The notes under the pieces: generated by a model | What the model saw: only the letters and a program-made list of their open reading frames with translations | Databases searched by the model: none | Told to the model about the DNA's origin: nothing | Part shown: positions 7,647 to 16,060 of the stretch, piece by piece | How positions within the stretch are numbered: position 1 is the first letter of the stretch | Layout: the number at the start of each line of letters is the position of its first letter | NCBI GenBank assembly: GCA_034723415.1 | Contig: JAYEOX010000044.1 | Span: 1,998 to 19,325 of the forward strand | Origin: Fidelibacterota bacterium | GTDB taxonomy: Bacteria; Fidelibacterota; Fidelibacteria; Fidelibacterales; Fidelibacteraceae | DNA: 17,328 bases | Direction: 5' to 3' | Position numbers and translations under genes: made by a program

Positions 7647-8882
7647 TTATTTATTCGATTTATTAATAATTATATTACCATGTTTGGTATTTAATTCAAT
7701 CTTATGAGTGCCACTATTTATTTTTCCCTCTGCAATAATTTTTCTTGAATTAATTTTTGATATATTGATAGCAAAATCAGAAACAATATCTGCGTCATAT
7801 CCTTCAGCTATAGCATCAATGATACCATCCATTGATTTGGGAATATTTAATATGATTGATCCATGTCTACTTTTTAAAAAAATTGAATTATCCTTTTGTG
7901 TATTTGTATAAATTTTTAAGACGTTAACATCTCCGTCCATTGTTTCAGCATTGATGCTTCCGCTAATTCTTTCAATATTTATTTCTCCACCGGCTGTCTC
8001 AAAAACTCCATTGCCAATAATTTTTCTTCCATTAACATCGCCTCCCAGAGTTTCTGCTTCTATATTTCCAGTTATATCATTTATTTCTATATCACCACCT
8101 GTGGTCTCTGAATTAACATCTCCAACAACTCTGACTACTTCAATATCGCCTCCGAAAGTTTCCAAACTAACCGACTTCCCATTAAAGTCGTTTATTTCAA
8201 TATCGCCACCAAAGGTTTCTGCTTTAATAACACCTCTTATTAATTCGAGTATAATATCTCCGCCCTTTGTTTCTATTTCTGTGTTTCCAGTAATATTTCT
8301 ACATTCAATATCTCCACCGGCAGAATTAAGCTTAATATTTCCTTCTAAGGCAAATGAATTAATATCACCGCCTAAAGTTTTTATAAATATTTTCCCATCC
8401 AATTTTTTTAAAATTACATCTCCACCTGTAGTTACCAACTCTATTTCACCATTTATATTACTTATATTTAAATCTCCGCCTAGAACACTTAATGCTACAC
8501 TAATTTCTTTAGGCACATCTAAAATATATTTAACGGATCTTAAGTCATGCCCAAAATGTTTTTTATGCTTAAAATCATTCGTTAATTTATAACCAGTATC
8601 ATTACTTTTTAATTCGGTATGAATTTTTTTCCATAACTCTTCTGCATCATTTTTCGAGCGTTTTTTAATTTCTATTTTTTCTGTGAAGCGAATTATTTTA
8701 TCATCTGTTCCTCTTAAAAAAACATCCCCAAATAATGTATTAGCTTTCAATTGTGTTGGCAATTTTGAAACATTTATCTTGGTATCTGTAACGAAAATAT
8801 AATCTCCATCAACTTTACTTATTTTTGTTTCTTGTCCAAAAATAACACTTGTTAATAATAATAATAACATTATTTTTTTCAT
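7647..8882 (-). CDS. Secreted DUF4097-type beta-strand repeat (adhesin-like) protein
   Basis: Signal peptide; 11 tandem 18-19 aa repeats centred on TxGGD[IV]; typical C-terminal IELNTKHGNIII. Confidence 0.85.
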   Translation of the reverse strand: MKKIMLLLLLTSVIFGQETKISKVDGDYIFVTDTKINVSKLPTQLKANTLFGDVFLRGTDDKIIRFTEKIEIKKRSKNDAEELWKKIHTELKSNDTGYKLTNDFKHKKHFGHDLRSVKYILDVPKEISVALSVLGGDLNISNINGEIELVTTGGDVILKKLDGKIFIKTLGGDINSFALEGNIKLNSAGGDIECRNITGNTEIETKGGDIILELIRGVIKAETFGGDIEINDFNGKSVSLETFGGDIEVVRVVGDVNSETTGGDIEINDITGNIEAETLGGDVNGRKIIGNGVFETAGGEINIERISGSINAETMDGDVNVLKIYTNTQKDNSIFLKSRHGSIILNIPKSMDGIIDAIAEGYDADIVSDFAINISKINSRKIIAEGKINSGTHKIELNTKHGNIIINKSNK

Positions 8883-8891
8883 TTTATTCTC

Positions 8892-9821
8892 CTATTTTTT
8901 CCTTATTGGAACACCGCTGTTCCCATAATATTTATTGATCATTGCTTTAACACCCTCTGCCTTATCATTATCCGCAGCTTCCTTTAACGCAATTTGGACA
9001 TCTCGATTATTATCATTCCCCAATATCTGAATAGCTTCCATTCTGATTGCAGCACTTTCTTCATTTTGCAATATAAAAATACAAGCATTCCTAATATTAT
9101 CGTTAAGAGAGTAATTTTTTAAAGCTCTTAGTGCTTTTAAACGAACGCCAGGGTTTTCATCATTTTTAACTGAATGAATTAAAGCATTAAGAATTTCTGT
9201 ATCATTTGAAGACATCCCTCCCATGATTTTTGCTGAATGTAATCTCGTTCCAGGATTATTTGACTTTACTAATGCGTAAGCTAATAATCTTTGAATATTT
9301 GGATCGCATCTATCTCCTTCTATTTTAGCTCCATCATTCCAAGAGAGTTCAAGAGAAACATTGTTAGCAGAATTAGATACTTCATTGATCCTTATGTTAT
9401 TCAATCTATCATTATTAATAATTTCTTGCACATTATAAGCAGTTAAAGTCGGATTCATTTCCTGAGTATTTTGTAGAATAAATTTCCCAACTAAAATACC
9501 AATAACAAGAGTTGCCGCAGCTGAAGCAATAGGCACAATAATTTTATTTGACCAAAATGAAAATTTTTCTTTGGGTTTATCAATTATCATTTCTCTTCTG
9601 ACCGTTTTCATTATGTTATTATGTAATCTTTCAACTCGATCTCTATTCAACTTTGGTTCAGGAATACTCCCGTAATTTTGTGAGAAAAATATTTCATCTT
9701 CCCACAAAATTGAGCAATCTATACACTCATTCTTATGTGTTTTCATTTTCTTTAAAATATTTTCAGGGATTTCTGAAATATTATAATTTAAAAGAATATC
9801 TTGAAATTTTTTACAATTCAT
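8892..9821 (-). CDS. Zinc-binding (ZAS/zf-HC2) anti-sigma factor with one TM helix and extracytoplasmic HEAT repeats
   Basis: N-terminal C...HKNECIDC (Hx3Cx2C); TM IIVPIASAAATLVIGILVG; HEAT-like NPGTRLHSAKIM, DENPGVRLKALRAL and EESAAIRMEAIQIL; starts 4 nt after the ECF sigma gene. Confidence 0.85.
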   Translation of the reverse strand: MNCKKFQDILLNYNISEIPENILKKMKTHKNECIDCSILWEDEIFFSQNYGSIPEPKLNRDRVERLHNNIMKTVRREMIIDKPKEKFSFWSNKIIVPIASAAATLVIGILVGKFILQNTQEMNPTLTAYNVQEIINNDRLNNIRINEVSNSANNVSLELSWNDGAKIEGDRCDPNIQRLLAYALVKSNNPGTRLHSAKIMGGMSSNDTEILNALIHSVKNDENPGVRLKALRALKNYSLNDNIRNACIFILQNEESAAIRMEAIQILGNDNNRDVQIALKEAADNDKAEGVKAMINKYYGNSGVPIRKK

Positions 9822-9825
9822 ATTA

Positions 9826-10386
9826 TCACCTTTTTGATAATTTATTTTTGTATGGTTTTAATAAAATACGAAGTTTCTCATTTGCTCTAAATAAATATTT
9901 TTTTACAGTTCCTTGATGTAAATCCAAAATCGATGCAATTTCCTTTATCTTTAATTGTTGGTTATATTTCATCACAAAAACTGTTCTCTGTTTTTCCGGT
10001 AGTTTATTCAATGCATTTTTTAATGCCTTTTGGAATACTTCTCCTTCAGAAATATCCGTAGAATCATTATTTGTTATGGCAAGATTTTTTTCATCGTTTT
10101 CTTCATTGGTTAAAAATTCATCATACTTTCTTGTTTTAATATGATTAAATGCCGTGTTCATCGTAATTCTGTAAAGCCAAGAATAAAATGAGGATTTAAA
10201 TTTGAAACTGTCAATTTTTCGGAATATTGTTATAAAAACATTTTGAGCAATATCTTCAGCATCTTGTTCGTTTTTGGCAATTTTTATTGCTATCATCAAA
10301 ACACGCTCTTCATAATTTCTAACTATTTGTTCAAATGCCACCATATCTCCTGCCTGTGCTCTTTTTATTATTGCAAATTCTTCCAT
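9826..10386 (-). CDS. ECF RNA polymerase sigma factor (sigma70 group 4)
   Basis: Region 2 GDMVAFEQIV...DAEDIAQNVF...SFYSWLYRITMN; region 4 LPEKQRTVF...IKEIASIL...GTVKKYLFRA. Start moved from the track's TTG at 10416 to ATG at 10386 because GGAGG lies just upstream and the TTG falls inside the predicted promoter. Confidence 0.95.
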   Translation of the reverse strand: MEEFAIIKRAQAGDMVAFEQIVRNYEERVLMIAIKIAKNEQDAEDIAQNVFITIFRKIDSFKFKSSFYSWLYRITMNTAFNHIKTRKYDEFLTNEENDEKNLAITNNDSTDISEGEVFQKALKNALNKLPEKQRTVFVMKYNQQLKIKEIASILDLHQGTVKKYLFRANEKLRILLKPYKNKLSKR

Positions 10387-10404
10387 ATTCCTCCGTTCTT
10401 TTAT

Positions 10405-10434
10405 TTTGACAAGCAAATAACAAATAAAGTTGTC
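10405..10434 (-). promoter_or_regulatory. Putative autoregulatory ECF promoter
   Basis: Minus strand GACAACTT-16 nt-GTCAAA resembles the sigmaE-type GGAACTT-N16-GTCAAA consensus; -10 element ends 18 nt upstream of the ATG at 10386. Confidence 0.65.
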
Positions 10435-10486
10435 ATTATTTTGTTTATTCTTTCTCAGTTATACTAATTTAATTATTTTTTATATG

Positions 10487-10494
10487 ATTATACA
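10487..10494 (-). promoter_or_regulatory. Possible housekeeping -10 element upstream of the ECF operon
   Basis: TGTATAAT on the minus strand. The same octamer precedes tig (862-869) and the hydrolase (4384-4391). No clear -35. Confidence 0.25.
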
Positions 10495-10563
10495 ATAAAA
10501 AAAGATTTGATTAATGAAATATGTTTATTAAATTACCTTAATTAAAAAAGGAGAAAAAAAAAT

Positions 10564-12114
10564 ATGATTAAAACTACGATCATTTTCCACTATAACTCAA
10601 ACTCTCAACAAACTGAAAAACACTTTAAAAAAACAATGGACAGTATCGAAAAATTATCTAATACTGATCATGAAATAATAATTCTTGCAGCAGATAAAAG
10701 CAAAGTATCAAATCTTTTTCCAAACACCGGTGGAAAAATAATTAAATATGATGAAAAAAATCCTTCAATAGGATTAAATGAATCTTTGAAAGTCGCCTCC
10801 GGAGAATATATTTTATATATTGACAACACACAAAATCCTGTTTATTTGAAAAATTCTTCATTAGATGCATTTTTATTAGCAGCTGAAAGAAATCCAAATG
10901 CCGGATTGTTCTATACAAGTTATGAACTAAAAGATGGCAAAGAAATTAAAGAAATACATTTGTTGGATCACCATTTGGGTCGAGTCCGTGACAATATGGA
11001 TTATGGAAAAGTATTCTTTATTCCTAAATCTGCTCTGGATTCAATTGGTGGGTTTGATAAATCAGTAAAATATAATGTGCTTTATGATCTCAGATTAAAA
11101 ATTTCAGAAAAATATCAATTAATTCGTATTGCTAATAGATACAGTGGATCATATTATCAAGTTGAATCAGCAGGGAAAAAAGCAAATGTTTTCGATTATC
11201 TGTTAGCCGGAAAGGAAGTTCAATTAGAAGCTGAAAAAGTAGTAACTGAACATCAAAAAAGAATAAACGCTTATTTGAAACCAGATAAATATTTTCCAGT
11301 TAAAAATAAAGTTAAAGACACTTCAACTTTAGCAGCATCGATTATTATTCCGGTCGGCAACCGTCCTGAATTTATCGGAACTGCCATCGACAGTGTTCTA
11401 TCACAAACAATTCAAGATATTGAAGTTATTGTAATGGTCAATGGTGGGCAAAATGATCCAACAGCTGATGTTGTTAGAAAATATATGGAAAACGGTGAAT
11501 ATTATGATAAGAATAAACCAGAAGTCAGATTATTTGTTCTTGATATTAATAGTATTGGTCTATGTTTAAATTTAGGTGCAAAAAATGCACGAGGAAAATA
11601 TTATGTTCAATTGGATTCTGATGATCGTTTAAAACACGATGCAGTTGAAAAAATCATCAACAAATATAAATCTTCACCTGAAGTTGGAATGGTAATCGGT
11701 TCTTATGAAGTATGGGAAAAACTTGGAAATGGCAAATTAAAACGAATGAAAGATATGCCTGTTGTTACACATGATGAATGGACAGAAAAAAATGGAAGAA
11801 ATAATTTATTGAGAATAAACGGAGCAGGCGCACCGAGATCTATTCCAATTAATGTAATAAAAGAGATGGGATACTTTAGTATCAATGACGATCCCTACGC
11901 AAGGAACTATGGTGAGGATTATGAAATGGTAGCAAAGATCAGTGAACATTATAAAATTGGTCGTGTTTTTGATCCTATTTATGAAGTTATCAGACATGAA
12001 GGTGGAACAGATCATGCAATCGACCAAATCACAATCGATCGCAATGATAATGCTAAAGATTGGATGAGAAAAGAAGCTATTATTAGAAGACAAAAATTAA
12101 ATAGCAACAAATAA
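10564..12114 (+). CDS. Two-domain GT2 (GT-A fold) glycosyltransferase
   Basis: The N-terminal GT-A domain is degenerate (GLNESLKVASGEYILYIDN, no DxD). The C-terminal domain has ASIIIPVGNR, ARGKYYVQLDSDD and YGEDY, plus the distinctive HDEWTEKNGRNNLLRINGAGAPR. SD AGGAG. Confidence 0.88.
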   Translation: MIKTTIIFHYNSNSQQTEKHFKKTMDSIEKLSNTDHEIIILAADKSKVSNLFPNTGGKIIKYDEKNPSIGLNESLKVASGEYILYIDNTQNPVYLKNSSLDAFLLAAERNPNAGLFYTSYELKDGKEIKEIHLLDHHLGRVRDNMDYGKVFFIPKSALDSIGGFDKSVKYNVLYDLRLKISEKYQLIRIANRYSGSYYQVESAGKKANVFDYLLAGKEVQLEAEKVVTEHQKRINAYLKPDKYFPVKNKVKDTSTLAASIIIPVGNRPEFIGTAIDSVLSQTIQDIEVIVMVNGGQNDPTADVVRKYMENGEYYDKNKPEVRLFVLDINSIGLCLNLGAKNARGKYYVQLDSDDRLKHDAVEKIINKYKSSPEVGMVIGSYEVWEKLGNGKLKRMKDMPVVTHDEWTEKNGRNNLLRINGAGAPRSIPINVIKEMGYFSINDDPYARNYGEDYEMVAKISEHYKIGRVFDPIYEVIRHEGGTDHAIDQITIDRNDNAKDWMRKEAIIRRQKLNSNK

Positions 12115-12152
12115 TAAATTATTCAAAAGAATACATTCCGGAGTTAATAAAA

Positions 12153-13349
12153 ATGAGAGAAGAAGTTACATTGATCGGTGTTGATGGCGGAGCCACAAAG
12201 GTAAGTGCTTGGGAAATTAAAGTAAATGAAAAAAATACCTCATTTATTTTAGGAAGCAATAATATTCAAAAAAGATATAATCAATATTCTACATTCATTC
12301 CTGATTTTAAACCTATTGACATAAAAATTCAATTAGAGCAGATGAATAATAAAATTGAATTAACAGAAGAAGAAAAAGAACATGGTAAAGCATATTTAAA
12401 TGCTTCAGCAGATGCAATAATTGAGTTGGCAAAAAAATGCAATGCTAAAAAATTACTTATTGGTATTGGAATGCCGGGATTAAAAACAAAAAATAACCGC
12501 GGTATTTCTGCATTGGCTAATGGTCCACGAATGCCTATCTATTGTAAATATATTGAAGATAAATTAGGAAAAAACGGGATCGAATTACTCTCTCCTATTG
12601 ATCATTTAGGAAGTGATGCAGATTATTGTGGATTAGGCGAGGAATTTTCATCTAAAGGATCATTCACAAATTATGAAAATAGCTATTACATTGGTGGTGG
12701 AACCGGAGTTGCCGATGCCTTAAAACTTAATGGCAAAGTTACTCCATTTGACAAAACAAAACAATGGCTCGCAAAAACATGGGAAATGAAAAATGAAAAT
12801 GGAATTTCAATGGAGAAATATACTTCCGCAAGTGGAATCCAATCAATCTATGGGAATCATGCAAATATTTCATTTCAAGAATTAACTGATAAAGAAATCT
12901 ACACTCCACAAATTATAGACCTTGCTTTAAAAAATGATAAAAATGCAAAAAAAACAATTTCTGAAATCGTTAAAGCACTTTCTTTATTATTTTTTGAAAG
13001 ATTGACTACTGTCTATTTTGGATCACAAAATTTATTTGAATTCGTCAATCCGAACAAACCTAAGCTTGACACAAATCATCCATATAAAAACACATTCTTG
13101 GAATCTATAATTGTTGGACAAAGATTGGGTGATTATTTAGAAGATTCAAAAGGGAAAGGCATTTTTTGGGAACCAATAATTGAAGAACTTACAAAGATCA
13201 TTTCTAACTCAAATTTTGTAGATGATAAATTTAAAAATTATTATTTGAGAGATAACAAATTTAAAGAAGAAACCATTCAAATTTCTAAACTGAGAGAAGC
13301 ACCTGCTATTGGAGCTGGAATTGATGCTTATTTGACATTTCACAATTAA
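12153..13349 (+). CDS. Divergent ROK-family (ASKHA) sugar kinase
   Basis: Phosphate-1 IGVDGGATK, GIGMPG, SDADYCGLGE (ROK NDANxAAxGE), IGGGTGV, EKYTSASG, C-terminal APAIGAG; no N-terminal HTH. Confidence 0.75.
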   Translation: MREEVTLIGVDGGATKVSAWEIKVNEKNTSFILGSNNIQKRYNQYSTFIPDFKPIDIKIQLEQMNNKIELTEEEKEHGKAYLNASADAIIELAKKCNAKKLLIGIGMPGLKTKNNRGISALANGPRMPIYCKYIEDKLGKNGIELLSPIDHLGSDADYCGLGEEFSSKGSFTNYENSYYIGGGTGVADALKLNGKVTPFDKTKQWLAKTWEMKNENGISMEKYTSASGIQSIYGNHANISFQELTDKEIYTPQIIDLALKNDKNAKKTISEIVKALSLLFFERLTTVYFGSQNLFEFVNPNKPKLDTNHPYKNTFLESIIVGQRLGDYLEDSKGKGIFWEPIIEELTKIISNSNFVDDKFKNYYLRDNKFKEETIQISKLREAPAIGAGIDAYLTFHN

Positions 13350-13372
13350 AAAAAATAAATTAAAAAAATAAT

Positions 13373-14272
13373 ATGAAAGCACCAAAATTAATTAAAATAG
13401 AATTTAAAGGTCACAGAAGAGAATATTTTAAAAATCCTTTAGAGTATCCTATCCAATCCGGTGATTATTTGATAACACAAACAGAAAAGGGAAAAGATAT
13501 TGGAATTGTTTCTTCTATTATTGATCATATTCCTTCATCTTATAATATTTCTGAATTTAACATATTAAGAAAGGCAAATAATGAAGATATAAAAAAATAT
13601 GAATCAAATAAAAAACTTGAAAAGTCAGTAATGGAAATTTCACTGATTAAAATTAAACAACTTGGTATTAACATGAAATTGACCGATGTAGAATATCAAT
13701 TAGATGGCAATAAATTAACTTTTTATTATACTGCAAATAAAAGAATCGATTTTCGTGAATTAGTTAAAACCTTAGCCGGAGAATTTAAAACTCGTATTGA
13801 AATGAGACAAATCGGTGTAAGAGACGAAACAAAACGAATGAATATTATCGGACCTTGTGGTTTACCACTTTGCTGTGAAAAACATTTAGAACATTTTACT
13901 CCGGTAGATATTAAACTCGCAAAAGAACAAAATTTACCAATGAGTCCTGCAAAACTTTCCGGCCTATGCGGCAAACTTAAATGTTGTTTGAATTTTGAAA
14001 AAGATCTTTACAGAACCGAACTTAAAAAGTATCCACCAATAGGTGAGCAAGTAATTAAAAACAAAATTAAAGGTCATGTCTGCAAAATAAACATTTTAAC
14101 TAACCAAATTACTTGTGATTTCGAAAATGATACTCGTGAATATTTGACATTAGAAGAAGTGCTTCCACTTACAAAAGATGCAAGAGACAAAGGTCTTGAA
14201 AATTTATGTGATGTGATGTCAGAAATAATAGATGGCGATGAAAATGATTTTAAGAATATTGAAGATAACTAA
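13373..14272 (+). CDS. ricT: PSP1-domain protein, RicT/YaaT family
   Basis: MKLTDVEYQLDGNKLTFYYTANKRIDFRELVKTLA, TRIEMRQIGVRDE, Fe-S cysteines GPCGLPLCC and LSGLCGKLKCCL. Confidence 0.92.
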   Translation: MKAPKLIKIEFKGHRREYFKNPLEYPIQSGDYLITQTEKGKDIGIVSSIIDHIPSSYNISEFNILRKANNEDIKKYESNKKLEKSVMEISLIKIKQLGINMKLTDVEYQLDGNKLTFYYTANKRIDFRELVKTLAGEFKTRIEMRQIGVRDETKRMNIIGPCGLPLCCEKHLEHFTPVDIKLAKEQNLPMSPAKLSGLCGKLKCCLNFEKDLYRTELKKYPPIGEQVIKNKIKGHVCKINILTNQITCDFENDTREYLTLEEVLPLTKDARDKGLENLCDVMSEIIDGDENDFKNIEDN

Positions 14273-14285
14273 TATTTGATCACCA

Positions 14286-14891
14286 ATGATAAAATTAGGT
14301 ATAACCGGCGGAATTGGTTCAGGAAAATCAACAGCACTAAACATTTTTAAAAATTTAGATGCCGTTATTTATGATGCTGATATTATTGCTAAAAACTTAT
14401 TAATTACTGACAAATTCTTAATGGAATCTATTAAAAAAGAATTCGGAAATGAAATATACGAATCAGGTAAATTAAATAAAATTCTATTAGCTAAAAAAGC
14501 ATTTTCTTCAAAACTTACCCAAAATAAACTCAACAAATTAATTCATCCTTTTGTGAGAGAATTCATTTTAAATGAATTTGATAAATGTAAAAATAAAAAT
14601 GTGAAATTTGTCGTAGTTGAAGCTTCTATGTTATTAGAGGCAAGTATAAAAAATGACTTCGATTACATTTTAGTTGTTACTGCCGATAAAGAAAAAAGAT
14701 TAAAACGAATGGAACCCAGAAAAATTGATCTTGATTCAATAGAACAAAGAATGAAATATCAAATGCCGGAAAAAGAAAAGATAAAATATGCAGATTTCGT
14801 TATTTATAACAATGATAATATACAAAATTTAGAGACGCAATGTAAAAATATTCAGTCGGAAATTATTGAATTAAATAAAAATATTAAATAA
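14286..14891 (+). CDS. coaE: Dephospho-CoA kinase
   Basis: GITGGIGSGKST P-loop, DAD, LNKLIHP, VVEASMLLE, ADFVIYN; 201 aa. Confidence 0.96.
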   Translation: MIKLGITGGIGSGKSTALNIFKNLDAVIYDADIIAKNLLITDKFLMESIKKEFGNEIYESGKLNKILLAKKAFSSKLTQNKLNKLIHPFVREFILNEFDKCKNKNVKFVVVEASMLLEASIKNDFDYILVVTADKEKRLKRMEPRKIDLDSIEQRMKYQMPEKEKIKYADFVIYNNDNIQNLETQCKNIQSEIIELNKNIK

Positions 14892-14908
14892 AATTAATGG
14901 GAAAAATT

Positions 14909-16057
14909 ATGAAAAAAATCAAAGTAACAATCATTTTAATAAGCTTCGTTTTGTTGTTAGCATTACCTTTTAGTATTTATTCTCAAAATGAATTTGAGAC
15001 ATCAAATATTATAAGAAAAGCACCATATTTAATTTACAATGGAAACAATACTGAAATGTTAGTACTATGGCAATTAAGCAAATTAGATACTTGCTTGATC
15101 AAATGGGGAAATGACACTCAATATTTATCGGGAGTTAAAAAAACTTATGAATATGGAAATGATCATCAATATAAATATTTAATTACAAATTTAACGCCAG
15201 ATAATAAATATTACTATAAAATTGAGATCAATAATAATGTTTATAAAGGTTCGTTCTATACTGCCCCAAACAAGAATTCTGAGTATCTTAATTTTTTTGT
15301 ATACGGAGATACTCGTTCATTTCCTTCCGTACATAATAATATTGCAAAAAAAGTGATTTCCTGTTACAAAAACGATTCAAATCTACAAACTTTTATTTTA
15401 TCAACAGGTGATTTTGTAAATAATAGCGATATTGAAACTCATTGGGATTATAATTTTTTTGATCCTTTATATTCATCTCTTAAAGAAATGCTCGCAAATA
15501 TTCCTTTTCAATCCTGCATAGGAAATCATGAACGAACAGGTAAATTATACAAAAAATATTTTCCATATCCATATATTACCGACAATTTTTATTGGTCTTT
15601 TGATTATGGACCGGCTCATTTTTCTATAGTAGATCAATATACAAGTTACGATTCCACTTCAAAACAATTAACTTGGCTTGAAAAAGATCTTGCTTTAACA
15701 AACAAAAAATGGAAATTTATTATCTTACATGAGCCGGGATGGACTGCAGGTCATGGTCATGAAAACAACAAAGATGTTCAAAAATATATTCAGCCAATAT
15801 GTGAGAAATATGGAGTCCAAATAGTTTTTGGAGGTCATAATCACTATTATGCAAGAGCAGAAGTTGATGGTATAATTCATATAACAACAGGTGGTGGTGG
15901 TGCACCACTTTACAACCCTGACCCTACTTATCCTAATATAGTTGCAGCATCCAAATCTCATCATTTTTGTAAAATTAAAATCATTGACAACAAACTTAGA
16001 TTAGAAGCAATAACTCCTGATGGTGAAATTGTTGATGAATTTATTTTAGAAAAATAA
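14909..16057 (+). CDS. Secreted calcineurin-like metallophosphoesterase with an N-terminal FN3 (purple-acid-phosphatase-like) domain
   Basis: Signal peptide; LTPDNKYYY FN3 motif; YGD, TGD, GNHE, LHEP and GHNH metal motifs. ATG at 14909 preferred (GGGA 6 nt upstream); 14897 is the alternative. Confidence 0.88.
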   Translation: MKKIKVTIILISFVLLLALPFSIYSQNEFETSNIIRKAPYLIYNGNNTEMLVLWQLSKLDTCLIKWGNDTQYLSGVKKTYEYGNDHQYKYLITNLTPDNKYYYKIEINNNVYKGSFYTAPNKNSEYLNFFVYGDTRSFPSVHNNIAKKVISCYKNDSNLQTFILSTGDFVNNSDIETHWDYNFFDPLYSSLKEMLANIPFQSCIGNHERTGKLYKKYFPYPYITDNFYWSFDYGPAHFSIVDQYTSYDSTSKQLTWLEKDLALTNKKWKFIILHEPGWTAGHGHENNKDVQKYIQPICEKYGVQIVFGGHNHYYARAEVDGIIHITTGGGGAPLYNPDPTYPNIVAASKSHHFCKIKIIDNKLRLEAITPDGEIVDEFILEK

Positions 16058-16060
16058 TAA

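Noticed and set aside
7951..8592. 213-aa plus-strand ORF with periodic SPP motifs
   Set aside because: Antisense shadow of the GGD repeats of the DUF4097 gene; no SD and no independent protein features
10387..10416. N-terminal extension of the ECF sigma from the TTG at 10416
   Set aside because: The ATG at 10386 has a GGAGG SD; the extension overlaps the predicted promoter
2822..15964. Other small antisense or overlapping ORFs in the track (2822, 3374, 3914, 4409, 7708, 9653, 10243, 11703, 11806, 13726, 15720, 15725)
   Set aside because: All lie opposite well-supported genes and lack motifs; the His run in 15720..15908 is just the antisense of a GGTGGTGGTGGT glycine tract
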